DNA of 63,384 nucleotides from a virus (lineage: Duplodnaviria; Caudoviricetes), in the IMG/VR virus record IMGVR_UViG_3300017987_000091, positions 1 to 63,384 of that record; one strand, written 5' to 3'. This document shows, piece by piece, positions 1 to 8,710 of the stretch; within the stretch, counting starts at the first letter, position 1; each line of letters begins with the position of its first letter. The translations under genes were made by a program, and so were the position numbers. The notes under the pieces are model-generated. The model was given only the letters and a program-made list of their open reading frames with translations. It was not told where the DNA came from and searched no databases.

Positions 1-123
1 GGATCGTCCAGGTCGATCGTGGGGGGGGTGTGGTCGATCCCCTTGCCGTTGCCGTTCGCTGGGCCACGGGGGCCCCGTTCACGGGCACGCGAAAGCCACC
101 TGGACAGGAACTGGTCAGCAGAC
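1..123. repeat. Terminal direct repeat, copy 1 (circular-assembly overlap)
   Basis: Bases 1-123 are identical to 63262-63384, and an ORF reads through the junction. Confidence 0.95.
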
Positions 124-503
124 CTTCGGCCGCCGGTGCGGTGCTGGTTGTCTTCCATCCAGTTCAGCGCCTTGATCACTTCGGCCCGCACGTCCATGGC
201 GTCAGGCGTCAGCGCAATCTGGCGCCGACACCAGCCCACCGGATCCGCCATGTTGGCCGCGGTCCAGGGGTGGGCAGCCAGCAGCTGGTCCACGGGCAGC
301 TGCAGCAGCTTCGGCCAGTCCACCCCCTTCTGCGTCGCCTGGGAATAGGTCAGGGGCTTCCTGCGCTTCGCCTTGGCCTTTGGCTTCTTTTCCTTCATGG
401 CTGCGACCACCGCGGCCGTGAACGGCCCCACTGCGCTGTTCCAGTCTTCAGCCGCCATGGCGTCGGCGAAGGCCTGCAGGTGTTCCTTTAGCTTGTCGCC
501 CAT
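1..503 (-). CDS. 5' part of an origin-spanning 179-aa putative replication initiator/helicase-loader-like protein (continues 63261-63225)
   Basis: ATG at 503 overlaps the UvrD stop. Translates MGDKLKEHLQAF...DVRAEVIKALNWMEDNQHRTGGRRSADQFLSRWLSRARER..., resembling the C-terminal domain of phage O-like initiators. Lies directly upstream of DnaB. Missing from the ORF track because it crosses the end. Confidence 0.6.
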   Translation of the reverse strand, partial: MGDKLKEHLQAFADAMAAEDWNSAVGPFTAAVVAAMKEKKPKAKAKRRKPLTYSQATQKGVDWPKLLQLPVDQLLAAHPWTAANMADPVGWCRRQIALTPDAMDVRAEVIKALNWMEDNQHRTGGRRSADQFLSRWLSRARERGPRGPANGNGKGIDHTPPTIDLDD

Positions 504-2269
504 CAGACAACCCCTTCCCAGGATCCCAGCCGGATCCCTGCGTCGGTCAGGTAGGGGGAAGGGTCCACCGCCTTCATCTTGCCCCACGGCATCAGCTGTT
601 CAGTGGGGACGGTCAGCAGCAGGCTGTCCCTGGCCCTGGTCACCCCCACGTAAAACACCCGGCGATCTTCGGCCCTGTCGTCGTCGTCGGCCGTCTTGCG
701 GTTCGTGGGGTAGATCCCGTCGTTGACGCCCACCAGGACGACGGCCGGCCATTCCAGTCCCTTCGCCCCGTGGACGGTGGACAGGGTGACGGCTTCGGCT
801 TCGTCGTCGCTGGCCTTGCGTTCCTGCACGCTGCGATCCGTCCACCATTCAATCCAGTCGGCCAGGGTGCGCACGTCTTCGGGGATCGCGTCGATCGCTT
901 CCTGGACAGCGCCATCAGGGGGACCACGGAAAACTGCAGCCATGGCCCCGGCAATGTCGATCACGTCGTCGCCTTCCATGTGGTGGGCCCGAAGCCCCTG
1001 GAAGTCTGACCAGGTGCCAGTCGGATCCTGTTCGGCCAGCACGTCCACGACGTGGCGCCGGCTGCTGGCGACTTCGATCCGCACGTCCCTGAAGTCACCG
1101 CACCGTGGGTTCCCGCCGTTGCCCCAGGCGTCCAGCCACCGGGCCAGGTTGATATCGCTGTGGTTGTGGTACAGCAGCAGGGCACGGGCCAGGGCACGGC
1201 CTTCGGTGGTTTCCCAGGGATCTTCTTCGGCGCCCAGGTACCGCACCGGGATCCCGGCGTCCTGCAGCAAGTCGCGGATCGGCACCAGGGCCTTCCACTG
1301 TCGCGCCAGGACGGCGACGGCCTGCGGTCCTTCGTGCAGGTCCACCAGGAATTCCACGGCCTTCGCCACCGCCGTGGGTTCGTCGTCCACCAGGTAGGCC
1401 GGCACGGGCCCCGGCATCACCTGTTCACGGTGGGCGCGCATCGGTTCAAAGGGGTGGGCCATGATGCCGTTGGCAGCGTCCACGATCGAAGGCTTCGATC
1501 TGTAGTTGTCCACCAGCTGGACCACCTGGAAGTCGGCGTCAGCCGCAGCTTCCAGGATGATCCCCACGTCGGCGCCCCTGAAGCGGTAGATCGATTGCCT
1601 GGGATCCCCGACCACGAAGAAGCTGATCGGCGTCAGGTGCTGGAAGATGGCCGCCTGGGCGAAGTTCGTGTCCTGGTATTCGTCCACCAGTATGTGCTGA
1701 TATCGCTGCTGCATGTCGTCGCGCACCTGGTCGTTGTCCTGCAGAAGCCCCAGCGCCAGGCCTTCCAGCTGATCGAAGTCCAGGGCGTTGGCTTGGGCCA
1801 GCCTGGCTTCGTATTCCTGCACCACCTGTTCCCGCCGGCGCAGCGTGCTGATCCTGCAGGTGTGGGGGTTGTCCACCGCCTTCAGATCCTGGGCGCACAC
1901 CCGCAGCAGATCGTCGCTGTCGCGCTGGTCGTAGATCGTGAAGGTGCTGGTGCGGTTCACGGCTTCGGGGTAGGCCCGCAGCAGCCTGGCACACCAGCTG
2001 TGTACCGTCCTGATTTCGGGCAAGTACCGCACGCTGGTGGCCTTCGCCACCCGTTCCCGCATTTCGGCGGCCGCGGCACGGGTGAAGGTGACGCACAGCA
2101 TGCGGGCAGCACTGACGCCACGTTCCAGCAACCTGGCCACCCGCGCCGTCAGCACCATGGTTTTGCCGGTGCCGGCGCCGGCGATGGTCAGGATCCTGGG
2201 GTGGTCGCTCATGATGGCCTGCAGCTGCCGTTCGTTGGCCTGCAGCTTCTGTTCGTTGTCCTGCTTCAT
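503..2269 (-). CDS. UvrD/PcrA/Rep-family SF1 DNA helicase
   Basis: Motifs AGAGTGKT, TFTRAAA, LVDEYQD, VGDPRQSIYRFRGA, NYRS, STVHGAKGLEW, FYVGVTRA. ATGA coupling places the start at 2269. Confidence 0.93.
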   Translation of the reverse strand: MKQDNEQKLQANERQLQAIMSDHPRILTIAGAGTGKTMVLTARVARLLERGVSAARMLCVTFTRAAAAEMRERVAKATSVRYLPEIRTVHSWCARLLRAYPEAVNRTSTFTIYDQRDSDDLLRVCAQDLKAVDNPHTCRISTLRRREQVVQEYEARLAQANALDFDQLEGLALGLLQDNDQVRDDMQQRYQHILVDEYQDTNFAQAAIFQHLTPISFFVVGDPRQSIYRFRGADVGIILEAAADADFQVVQLVDNYRSKPSIVDAANGIMAHPFEPMRAHREQVMPGPVPAYLVDDEPTAVAKAVEFLVDLHEGPQAVAVLARQWKALVPIRDLLQDAGIPVRYLGAEEDPWETTEGRALARALLLYHNHSDINLARWLDAWGNGGNPRCGDFRDVRIEVASSRRHVVDVLAEQDPTGTWSDFQGLRAHHMEGDDVIDIAGAMAAVFRGPPDGAVQEAIDAIPEDVRTLADWIEWWTDRSVQERKASDDEAEAVTLSTVHGAKGLEWPAVVLVGVNDGIYPTNRKTADDDDRAEDRRVFYVGVTRARDSLLLTVPTEQLMPWGKMKAVDPSPYLTDAGIRLGSWEGVV

Positions 2270-4284
2270 GGCTGCCCCCCCATCTGGTGCCAGTGCACCC
2301 CTTCGGGTGGTTGCCAGCCGTCGTCCACGCTGGCCAGCCAGCAGTCGTCCAGCAGGCCGTCGTTGCACATGGCCACCAGGGCCAGCACCAGGCCGTCCCT
2401 GCGCGGGGGAAGATCGGGGTGGTTGCTGGTCCTGTCCTTCGACAGCACTTCAAGGCCGTCGATCGCCAGGTGGCGCCAGCCGTCCAGCTTCGACAGGACC
2501 ACGGCCGCCACGATGGTGCTGATCACCACGGCGTGGCTTTCGCTGGCCGTTTCCAGGGGCACCTTCCCTTCTTCGATCGTGGGACGGCTGTACCCCAGGG
2601 ACAGTCCACCGTCAGCATCGAACCAGATCGTGGACCCTGTGATCGGCTTCAGGTAGTGGTTCACCTGGCCCACCAGGGGGCCGAAGGCGTCAGCAAGGAT
2701 CCGGCCCAGCAGGCCCTTGGGCCCCAGATCCCGCAGCAGATCCCTGATTTCGTCGCGCTTGTCCACCGCGTCGTCCAGTTCCTTCTGATGCTTCAGGCGT
2801 TCCGCCACGGCGGCCGCGTTGTCGGTCAGGGTGTCGGCGTTCAGGATGGCCTGGGCCTTTTCGGTGCGCAGTCCTTCCAGCTGCGCGGCGATCCCTTCGT
2901 CGGCCAGGTTGTCGGGAAGGGCCAGCAGTTCGCCCCGCTTCGTGTCCAGTTCGCTCACCAGGCGTTCCACTTCGGCCAGCTTGGCTTCGGCGTCGGCCAG
3001 GGCCTGGGCGTGCTGCTTCGGCAGTTCGTCCAGCTTGGCTTCGGCCCTGGTGGCCTTCGCCTGGACTTCCCGCGCCACCTTCGCCGGGTGCTGCATCAGC
3101 CGGTGGGACGCTTCTTCCTTCGTCTTCGCGGCCTTCACTTCGTCCTGGGCTTTCACCAGGTCGGCCTGCAGGGTGTCGGCCCAGGCGTTCATCTGGTCCA
3201 GCAGCGCCGGATCCTTCAAGGCGTCGCAGGCCTTGTCTGGGATCAGGGGGCACTGGCCACCACCATGCTGCACCCGTTCGATCCGCTGCTGGTGTTCATC
3301 GATCTGGGCCTGGATGGTGTCCACGGCCGCTTCGGCCGCGGTGGTGCGGTCATGCGCCAGGGTGTTGTTCCCCCTGGCTTCCAGCTTCTTGTCGGTGGCT
3401 TCCTTCAGTTCCTTGTCCAGTTCGGCCACGTCGGCCTTCAGCTGCTTCAGTTCGGCCGCCTGGTCCTTCTTCATCGCTTCCAGGTCCACGTCCTGGCCCT
3501 GCTGGATCAGCTGTTCAAGATCGGCGATCCGCGCCTTGATAGCGTCGCGGCCTTGGGCTGCCCCTTCGGCCTGTCCCTGCTGCTGCGCAAGCTGTTCGAT
3601 CTGCTTGTCCAGTTCGTCGCCCTTCGCGCGCCAGCTGGCCACGGTCCCCGGCGGCAGATCCACGGCGGCCGCTTCCTTTTCGTCGTGGGCCACCACCTTG
3701 TGCAGCCTGTTGGCGTCGCGGTTCACCGCCTTGTCTTCGGCCTTCAGGGTGTCCAGGTAGGCCACCAGCCGTTCCCTGGTAATTTCAACATCAGGGGGCA
3801 CGATCTCCGATCCCATGATGTGGTTGATCCTGGCCACGTAGGGGGCCACCTGCTGGCGAAAGTCGCGTCCCTGGCTGTCCAGGATGTTGGCTTCCAGCCA
3901 TTCCAGCCGTGCCGCCGGCGTCATGCCCAGCAGCTGCTGAAACGACCACCCGAAGGCTTCCCCCACCAGGTTGTCCACCAGCGGCTGCACGTTGCGCGGG
4001 GTGCCCCGTTCACCGTTCAGCGCCAGGGTGTGCTTCCCCCGCTTCACCTGGCGGTCCACCAGGGTGCCGTCGTCGTACTTCAGCACCACCTGGAAACGGT
4101 CAGGGGACTGCCCCAGCAGCACGAACTTGCTGACCGGCGCCGGCGTCACCGCCAGCCTGGGAAGGGACAGCAGGCTGGTTTTGCCTGCTTCGTTCGGGCC
4201 GGTGATCACCACCACGGGGCATTCAGGTGCCAGGTGGTAGTTGCGGCCGAAGATCTGGGACGCTTCCACGTTGGCGATCTTCAT
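2266..4284 (-). CDS. Rad50/SbcC/SMC-like coiled-coil ATPase
   Basis: Walker A GPNEAGKT, long coiled coil with a central Cys pair (CPLIPDKAC), degenerate signature (LETASES), Walker B-like HLAIDG. Confidence 0.8.
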   Translation of the reverse strand: MKIANVEASQIFGRNYHLAPECPVVVITGPNEAGKTSLLSLPRLAVTPAPVSKFVLLGQSPDRFQVVLKYDDGTLVDRQVKRGKHTLALNGERGTPRNVQPLVDNLVGEAFGWSFQQLLGMTPAARLEWLEANILDSQGRDFRQQVAPYVARINHIMGSEIVPPDVEITRERLVAYLDTLKAEDKAVNRDANRLHKVVAHDEKEAAAVDLPPGTVASWRAKGDELDKQIEQLAQQQGQAEGAAQGRDAIKARIADLEQLIQQGQDVDLEAMKKDQAAELKQLKADVAELDKELKEATDKKLEARGNNTLAHDRTTAAEAAVDTIQAQIDEHQQRIERVQHGGGQCPLIPDKACDALKDPALLDQMNAWADTLQADLVKAQDEVKAAKTKEEASHRLMQHPAKVAREVQAKATRAEAKLDELPKQHAQALADAEAKLAEVERLVSELDTKRGELLALPDNLADEGIAAQLEGLRTEKAQAILNADTLTDNAAAVAERLKHQKELDDAVDKRDEIRDLLRDLGPKGLLGRILADAFGPLVGQVNHYLKPITGSTIWFDADGGLSLGYSRPTIEEGKVPLETASESHAVVISTIVAAVVLSKLDGWRHLAIDGLEVLSKDRTSNHPDLPPRRDGLVLALVAMCNDGLLDDCWLASVDDGWQPPEGVHWHQMGGQP

Positions 4285-5597
4285 TCCGCACCCCCTTCCA
4301 CCAGGTCGTCCAGGCCCTGTTCCTGCAGATCCTTTTTGATGGTCCACAGTTCTTCCGTGGTGTTGTTCCTGGGGTCGTAGTCCAGGGCGTTGGCCTGGTC
4401 AGCGTTCACGTGCTGCAGCGCCGTGTCGATCCACGCGATCAGGGCGTTGCGTTCCGCCTGGTCGTCGTCCAGTTCGGCGTCTTCGGGCACCGGGCGGCCC
4501 TGCAGATCTTCGGGATCCTGGTCGGCCAGCGGGGCGTCGTGCACGGTGGGATCGTATTCTTCGGCCGCTTCGATCACTTCAAAGCCTTCATCCTTCAATG
4601 GAATCCCGCGTGCGATCTTTTCGCTGATCTGCTGCATCTTGTGCAGCGCACGGGCATCACCGGCCCAGCCGATCACGTCCACGTCGGCCACGCCGTAGGC
4701 GTCTTCCCCTTCCCCCGCCGGCGTCACCACCACCGACTTGAACTGACCGATCGCCGGGTGCTGCAGCAGGGCGTTCCTGCGGGCCACGGTGATCGCCTTC
4801 TTCGGGGCGTTCTGCAGCAGCTGGATAAAGTCGCCGTAGGCGTTCCTGATTTCGGCGTGGCGAAGGTCCACCAGGTACCCCACCCCACCATACAGTTCCA
4901 CGAACTTGCGGCCGGCCTGGATGCCGCCGGCCACTTCGTCCTTGCTGACCAGCTTGCAGTGTTCGAACACCTCGCTGGATTCCATGGGCCGCTTGCCGTC
5001 CTTCTTGCCGCGGTGGCCGCAGCTGGCGATCGTGTGCAGCATGTGCAGGAAGTCCTTGCGGGGGTCGTAGTCCAGTGTGTACTGCACGATCACGGGGTTG
5101 CCGGTGGCCGGGGTGGGGCCCACCACGTCCACGGCGATCACGATCCGTTCGATCCCGCCGTCTTCGGTCCTGGCAATGTAGGGGTTGGTGCGGGGCTTGC
5201 CGTCCACCACGACGCTGGGGGGCTGCCCGATGGCGCAGCCGGCCACGCTGTTGATCTTCTGGATCCCCTGCATGGTCAGGCTGCTGACCGTCTTGCCCAT
5301 TTCCCACAGGTGAAACAGATCCTTGCTTTCTTCGGACAGGTGGATCTTGGCCTTCACCGCCAGCAGATCGCCGGCGGGGGTGTGCCGCACGAAGGCTTCC
5401 CCCCGTCCCAGGATCGCGGTGTTTTCCTTGCGCACCGCGATGGCCATGGACGCGATCACGTCCAGGGCCTGGTCGGTGTCGCCCTTTGCGATGGCCAGGG
5501 CCCGTTCCACCAGGCCCTTGCGGTCACCGGCGAACAGGGCCCGTTCCAGGCTGGTGTCGCCGGGGCTGCGCTTTACAGGTAAGTTCGTGTTTGCCAT
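4281..5597 (-). CDS. Hypothetical protein with acidic C-terminus (possible recombination/annealing protein)
   Basis: Long ORF with GGAG RBS, coupled to the SMC-like gene. Function inferred from position only. Confidence 0.6.
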   Translation of the reverse strand: MANTNLPVKRSPGDTSLERALFAGDRKGLVERALAIAKGDTDQALDVIASMAIAVRKENTAILGRGEAFVRHTPAGDLLAVKAKIHLSEESKDLFHLWEMGKTVSSLTMQGIQKINSVAGCAIGQPPSVVVDGKPRTNPYIARTEDGGIERIVIAVDVVGPTPATGNPVIVQYTLDYDPRKDFLHMLHTIASCGHRGKKDGKRPMESSEVFEHCKLVSKDEVAGGIQAGRKFVELYGGVGYLVDLRHAEIRNAYGDFIQLLQNAPKKAITVARRNALLQHPAIGQFKSVVVTPAGEGEDAYGVADVDVIGWAGDARALHKMQQISEKIARGIPLKDEGFEVIEAAEEYDPTVHDAPLADQDPEDLQGRPVPEDAELDDDQAERNALIAWIDTALQHVNADQANALDYDPRNNTTEELWTIKKDLQEQGLDDLVEGGAE

Positions 5598-5650
5598 GAT
5601 TGTCACTCCAGTGCTGGGCCGTCACCTGGCCCAGTAAGGTCTATTGAAAG

Positions 5651-5688
5651 GCGCCCCCCCGCACCACGCGGGGGGGGCGTCGCTTTTT
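5651..5688. terminator. GC-rich hairpin, likely intrinsic (possibly bidirectional) terminator
   Basis: gcgcccccccgc...gcggggggggcgt stem, with a T-tract on + and TTTC on -. Confidence 0.55.
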
Positions 5689-5965
5689 ATTCCTCAAAAT
5701 ATTCCGCTTCCTTGAAGTTCAAAAACTGGGCGATGGCGTGCACCACCGCGATGTCCAGGGATTCGGCGCCAAGCAGCCGGGAAGCAGCCATGGGGGTGAT
5801 CTGCAGGTGCTGCGCCAGGTCGGTCAGGGTGACCCCTTCCCGTTCCATCTGCTTGTACACCCGCAGCTTGAAGTCCTTGATCGTCCCCATGGCCACGGTT
5901 CTGGTCACGTACACCAGCGGGGGGCCCGCTGTCGGCTTCCTTCCCGTGCGCTTCCCGGTGCCCAT
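5687..5965 (-). CDS. Small HTH (Cro/XRE-like) DNA-binding protein
   Basis: MEREGVTLTDLAQHLQITPMAASRLL HTH-like pattern. Confidence 0.65.
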   Translation of the reverse strand: MGTGKRTGRKPTAGPPLVYVTRTVAMGTIKDFKLRVYKQMEREGVTLTDLAQHLQITPMAASRLLGAESLDIAVVHAIAQFLNFKEAEYFEE

Positions 5966-5983
5966 CGCTTCACCCCTTTCCAG

Positions 5984-7147
5984 TTAGAAGGCCATCTGCA
6001 GCAGCTTGCCGGCGGCCTTGTCCTTCTTCACCCTGTTGTCGGTGTGGTCCACCTGCTGGGACTGTTCCGTCAGGCCGTTGACCATCCCCCACAGGGTGGT
6101 CGGTGCGCCGTACTGATCTTCGCTGCGTTCGGCGATCTGGTAGGCGCCCACCAGTTCCTTCTGCGTCACGTCCACCCGGCGCTTCCTGGCCATGCCCAGC
6201 AGCTGTTCCACCACTTCGTCCTTCGTCCCCCCCAGGGTGTACCGCTGGGCGGCCTGGATCTTGGCCTGCATGTCGCTGGCGCTGCTGTCGGCGTACCGCT
6301 TCAGTTCCACCTGGATCTGCTGGAAGGCCCGTTCGTCGGCGTCGCCCACGTGGCGGATCCGCATTTCGTGGACGCCGTGCGCCCCCCAAACAATGTGGTT
6401 CTGGCACACCGTCTTGAACAGGAACGCCATGATCCCGAAGCTGCTGGCGCCCACTTCGCTGTTCCAGCAGAAGAAGCCCCGGAACAGGCCGCCGTCGCTG
6501 CCGTCTTCGATCCGGCTGTCGCTGATCATGAACACGAACATGTCATGGTCAGAAGCGTAGATCCCCGAAGGCCCGATCAGCTGGCCAGGTCGCACCTGGG
6601 ATCCCTGCATGCAGTCGTCCACCGTGGCGATCCTGGCGTCCTTGGTGCCGTTGGGAACCGGCGACGCCGGCGGCACGCGCCAGCCGTGCAGGTTCATCAG
6701 GCGCTGCCCCACTTCGTAGTTCCAGATCCTGGTGTACTTGCTGGACGTGATGGCCCGCAGCAGGGGGCCGCTGCCGTTCCCGCTGTGAAACAGCAGGCTG
6801 GGCCAGTCGTCGGGGTTGGCGTCATGCTGCGGCCGGTGCTTCAGGCCCCAGTTCAGGTTCTGGGCCGCCAAGGTCGGCGACAGCTTGCGCAGGTACGACG
6901 CCGGCGCCTGGGCCCTGCTGCACAGCTGGCCCATGGACCAGTGCGTAAGGCGCGCGGGCATGCCCAGCCGGCCCAGCAGCTGCAGTTCGTCGCCCACGGG
7001 TTCCACCCGCAGATCGCTGAAGCGGATCCGGGATTCCCTGGCCTGTTCACGGTAGGCCGTGCAGGCCCGTGTCATGTCCTGCAGTGTCCAGAACCGCTCG
7101 TCAGGCGGCCGCGTCGCCCACTGGTTGCTTGCCTTGAATAGTTCCAT
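5984..7147 (-). CDS. DUF932-family protein
   Basis: WATRPPDERF, YASDHDMFVF, FRGFFCWNSEVG and VCQNHIVWG motifs. Confidence 0.75.
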   Translation of the reverse strand: MELFKASNQWATRPPDERFWTLQDMTRACTAYREQARESRIRFSDLRVEPVGDELQLLGRLGMPARLTHWSMGQLCSRAQAPASYLRKLSPTLAAQNLNWGLKHRPQHDANPDDWPSLLFHSGNGSGPLLRAITSSKYTRIWNYEVGQRLMNLHGWRVPPASPVPNGTKDARIATVDDCMQGSQVRPGQLIGPSGIYASDHDMFVFMISDSRIEDGSDGGLFRGFFCWNSEVGASSFGIMAFLFKTVCQNHIVWGAHGVHEMRIRHVGDADERAFQQIQVELKRYADSSASDMQAKIQAAQRYTLGGTKDEVVEQLLGMARKRRVDVTQKELVGAYQIAERSEDQYGAPTTLWGMVNGLTEQSQQVDHTDNRVKKDKAAGKLLQMAF

Positions 7148-7232
7148 GGTTCGTTCCTTCCTTGATCAACCGTGGGAAACGGGCCCAACGGTGATCAGCT
7201 GGTGCCAGGTTCACCCTGGCGCGGTTGCGGTG

Positions 7233-7568
7233 TTAGTACCCCATCATGTCGTTGTAGCCGTCGATCCCGAATTCCATGCCGGCCTGCATGGCCATTTCAC
7301 GCTTCCATTCCCGATCGTCGTCGTTGGTGGTGGTGGGCCGGTGTTCGGGGTTGAGCCGGATCCGGTGCACGTCAGGGCCTTCCAGCATCACGTACATGGT
7401 GTCAGGATCTGGGATCTGGTGGGGGCCCACCCTGACGGGTGCGGCGTAGGCTGCTTCGGCTTCGTCCCTGCTTTCGTATTCGTCGCCGTACCAGCAGTCA
7501 TCGTTCCCGGCTTCGGGGTGCGATCCCCAGTAGGTGACGCTGTAGGGGGGTTCTGTGGTGGTTGCCAT
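7233..7568 (-). CDS. Hypothetical acidic protein
   Basis: ORF from MATTTEPP with AAGGGA RBS. Confidence 0.65.
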   Translation of the reverse strand: MATTTEPPYSVTYWGSHPEAGNDDCWYGDEYESRDEAEAAYAAPVRVGPHQIPDPDTMYVMLEGPDVHRIRLNPEHRPTTTNDDDREWKREMAMQAGMEFGIDGYNDMMGY

Positions 7569-7675
7569 GGTGCTGTCCCTTCGTGGCCGTCCAGGTAGTG
7601 GTCCAGAACCAGCAAGCCGTCCCAGCACCAGGGCCAGGACGACAAGCTGGAAGGTGATGGTGCGCTGGGGGGCCA

Positions 7676-8551
7676 TCAGTGGGCCAGCCCCAGTGCCTTG
7701 GCGGCCGCGTCCATGCGGGCCTTGCTGGTGATGCCGTCAGCCCCAGGCTTCCCCCACATGATCCGGTTCTTGCCGCGGCCCTGGAATTCCAGATCCCACC
7801 TGGCTGCGTCGCTGTGCGGCCGCGCCTTGTCGCCGGTGGCACCCTTGCGGAAATCCGACAGGCTGCAGCTGACCGTCGTGGCGGTGATGGGCCGGGGCAG
7901 CAGCTTCGCGCTGGCGTCGATCACGTCCTGCACGGTGGCCCCTTCGGGGGTGCGGATCATGGCGCCCAGCAAGTCCCTGGCGTTGAACCGCTGGCGCTTG
8001 GCCTTCGGCTTCGTGGGGGTGGTGCCCGTGTCGCCCTTGGTGCCCGTGTCGCCCTTGGTATGGGGTGGCGTCGTGCTTCTGTGGCGCCAACGCTGGATCA
8101 TGTTGAAGCGGTGCCGGTTTTCGGGGGTGTCGTTACGCAGAAGATCGGCCGGGATATCCCCGAAGTGGCGGCCCCCGGCGGTCACCACGCTGAAGGTGTA
8201 CCGGCTGCCCTTGCGAAGTATGTTGTTCACCCGGCCGCTGCCCCTGGCCATCTGGACACCACTGGGCACATGCTTTTCATGCAGCACGATCACGTCCTGG
8301 TACAGAAGGAAAGGCGGGATCTGGTCGGTCATCTTCCCGCGATCGTTGGCCCAGCACAGCAGCATGGTGCCCAGTTCGCTGATGCCGGCCTTGGTGTACC
8401 CCTTGGACTTCTTCTTGAAGTCGGGATCCAGGGTGCGAACCTGGCGCACTTTCCGGCGCAGGATGCGCACCGAAAGCTGACTGTAGGACGACAGCGAAGG
8501 AAGCTGCGCATTGATCTGGGCGATCAGTTCGTTGATCTGACTGGTTGTCAT
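7676..8551 (-). CDS. Hypothetical protein with C-terminal DUF3489-like winged HTH
   Basis: AMIRTPEGATVQDVIDA...TVSCSLS resembles DUF3489. An 18-bp tandem duplication encodes TKGDTG twice. Confidence 0.55.
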   Translation of the reverse strand: MTTSQINELIAQINAQLPSLSSYSQLSVRILRRKVRQVRTLDPDFKKKSKGYTKAGISELGTMLLCWANDRGKMTDQIPPFLLYQDVIVLHEKHVPSGVQMARGSGRVNNILRKGSRYTFSVVTAGGRHFGDIPADLLRNDTPENRHRFNMIQRWRHRSTTPPHTKGDTGTKGDTGTTPTKPKAKRQRFNARDLLGAMIRTPEGATVQDVIDASAKLLPRPITATTVSCSLSDFRKGATGDKARPHSDAARWDLEFQGRGKNRIMWGKPGADGITSKARMDAAAKALGLAH

Positions 8552-8648
8552 GGCTTCGTTCTCCCTTGCCTACCGTGGGTTTCCGGGCCCAACGGTGGCC
8601 GTTGGTGGGGCATGCGCCCCGGTTGGCGATCCTAAAGATCACCCGCAC

Positions 8649-8678
8649 GTTATACCATCCAGCGTTATAACGCAACAG
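8649..8678 (-). promoter_or_regulatory. Candidate early promoter (extended -10 TGnTATAAC) with palindromic operator
   Basis: Minus strand reads tgttgcgttataacgctggatggtataac. Perfect palindrome GCGTTATAACGC at 8662-8673. Intergenic, ahead of the early/replication block. Confidence 0.6.
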
Positions 8679-8710
8679 GTCGGGGGCGTTTTCTGGGGGG
8701 AAGGGTGCGG

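Noticed and set aside
503-4284. Gabija or Wadjet defence system
   Set aside because: No TOPRIM/OLD nuclease or kleisin/kite partners were recognised, and the genes are coupled into the replication operon.
1052-5582. Very long plus-strand ORFs (e.g. 1052-2656, 2287-4380; also 14777-16987, 35947-38328)
   Set aside because: Antisense shadows of real minus-strand genes in GC-rich DNA; no motifs or RBS.
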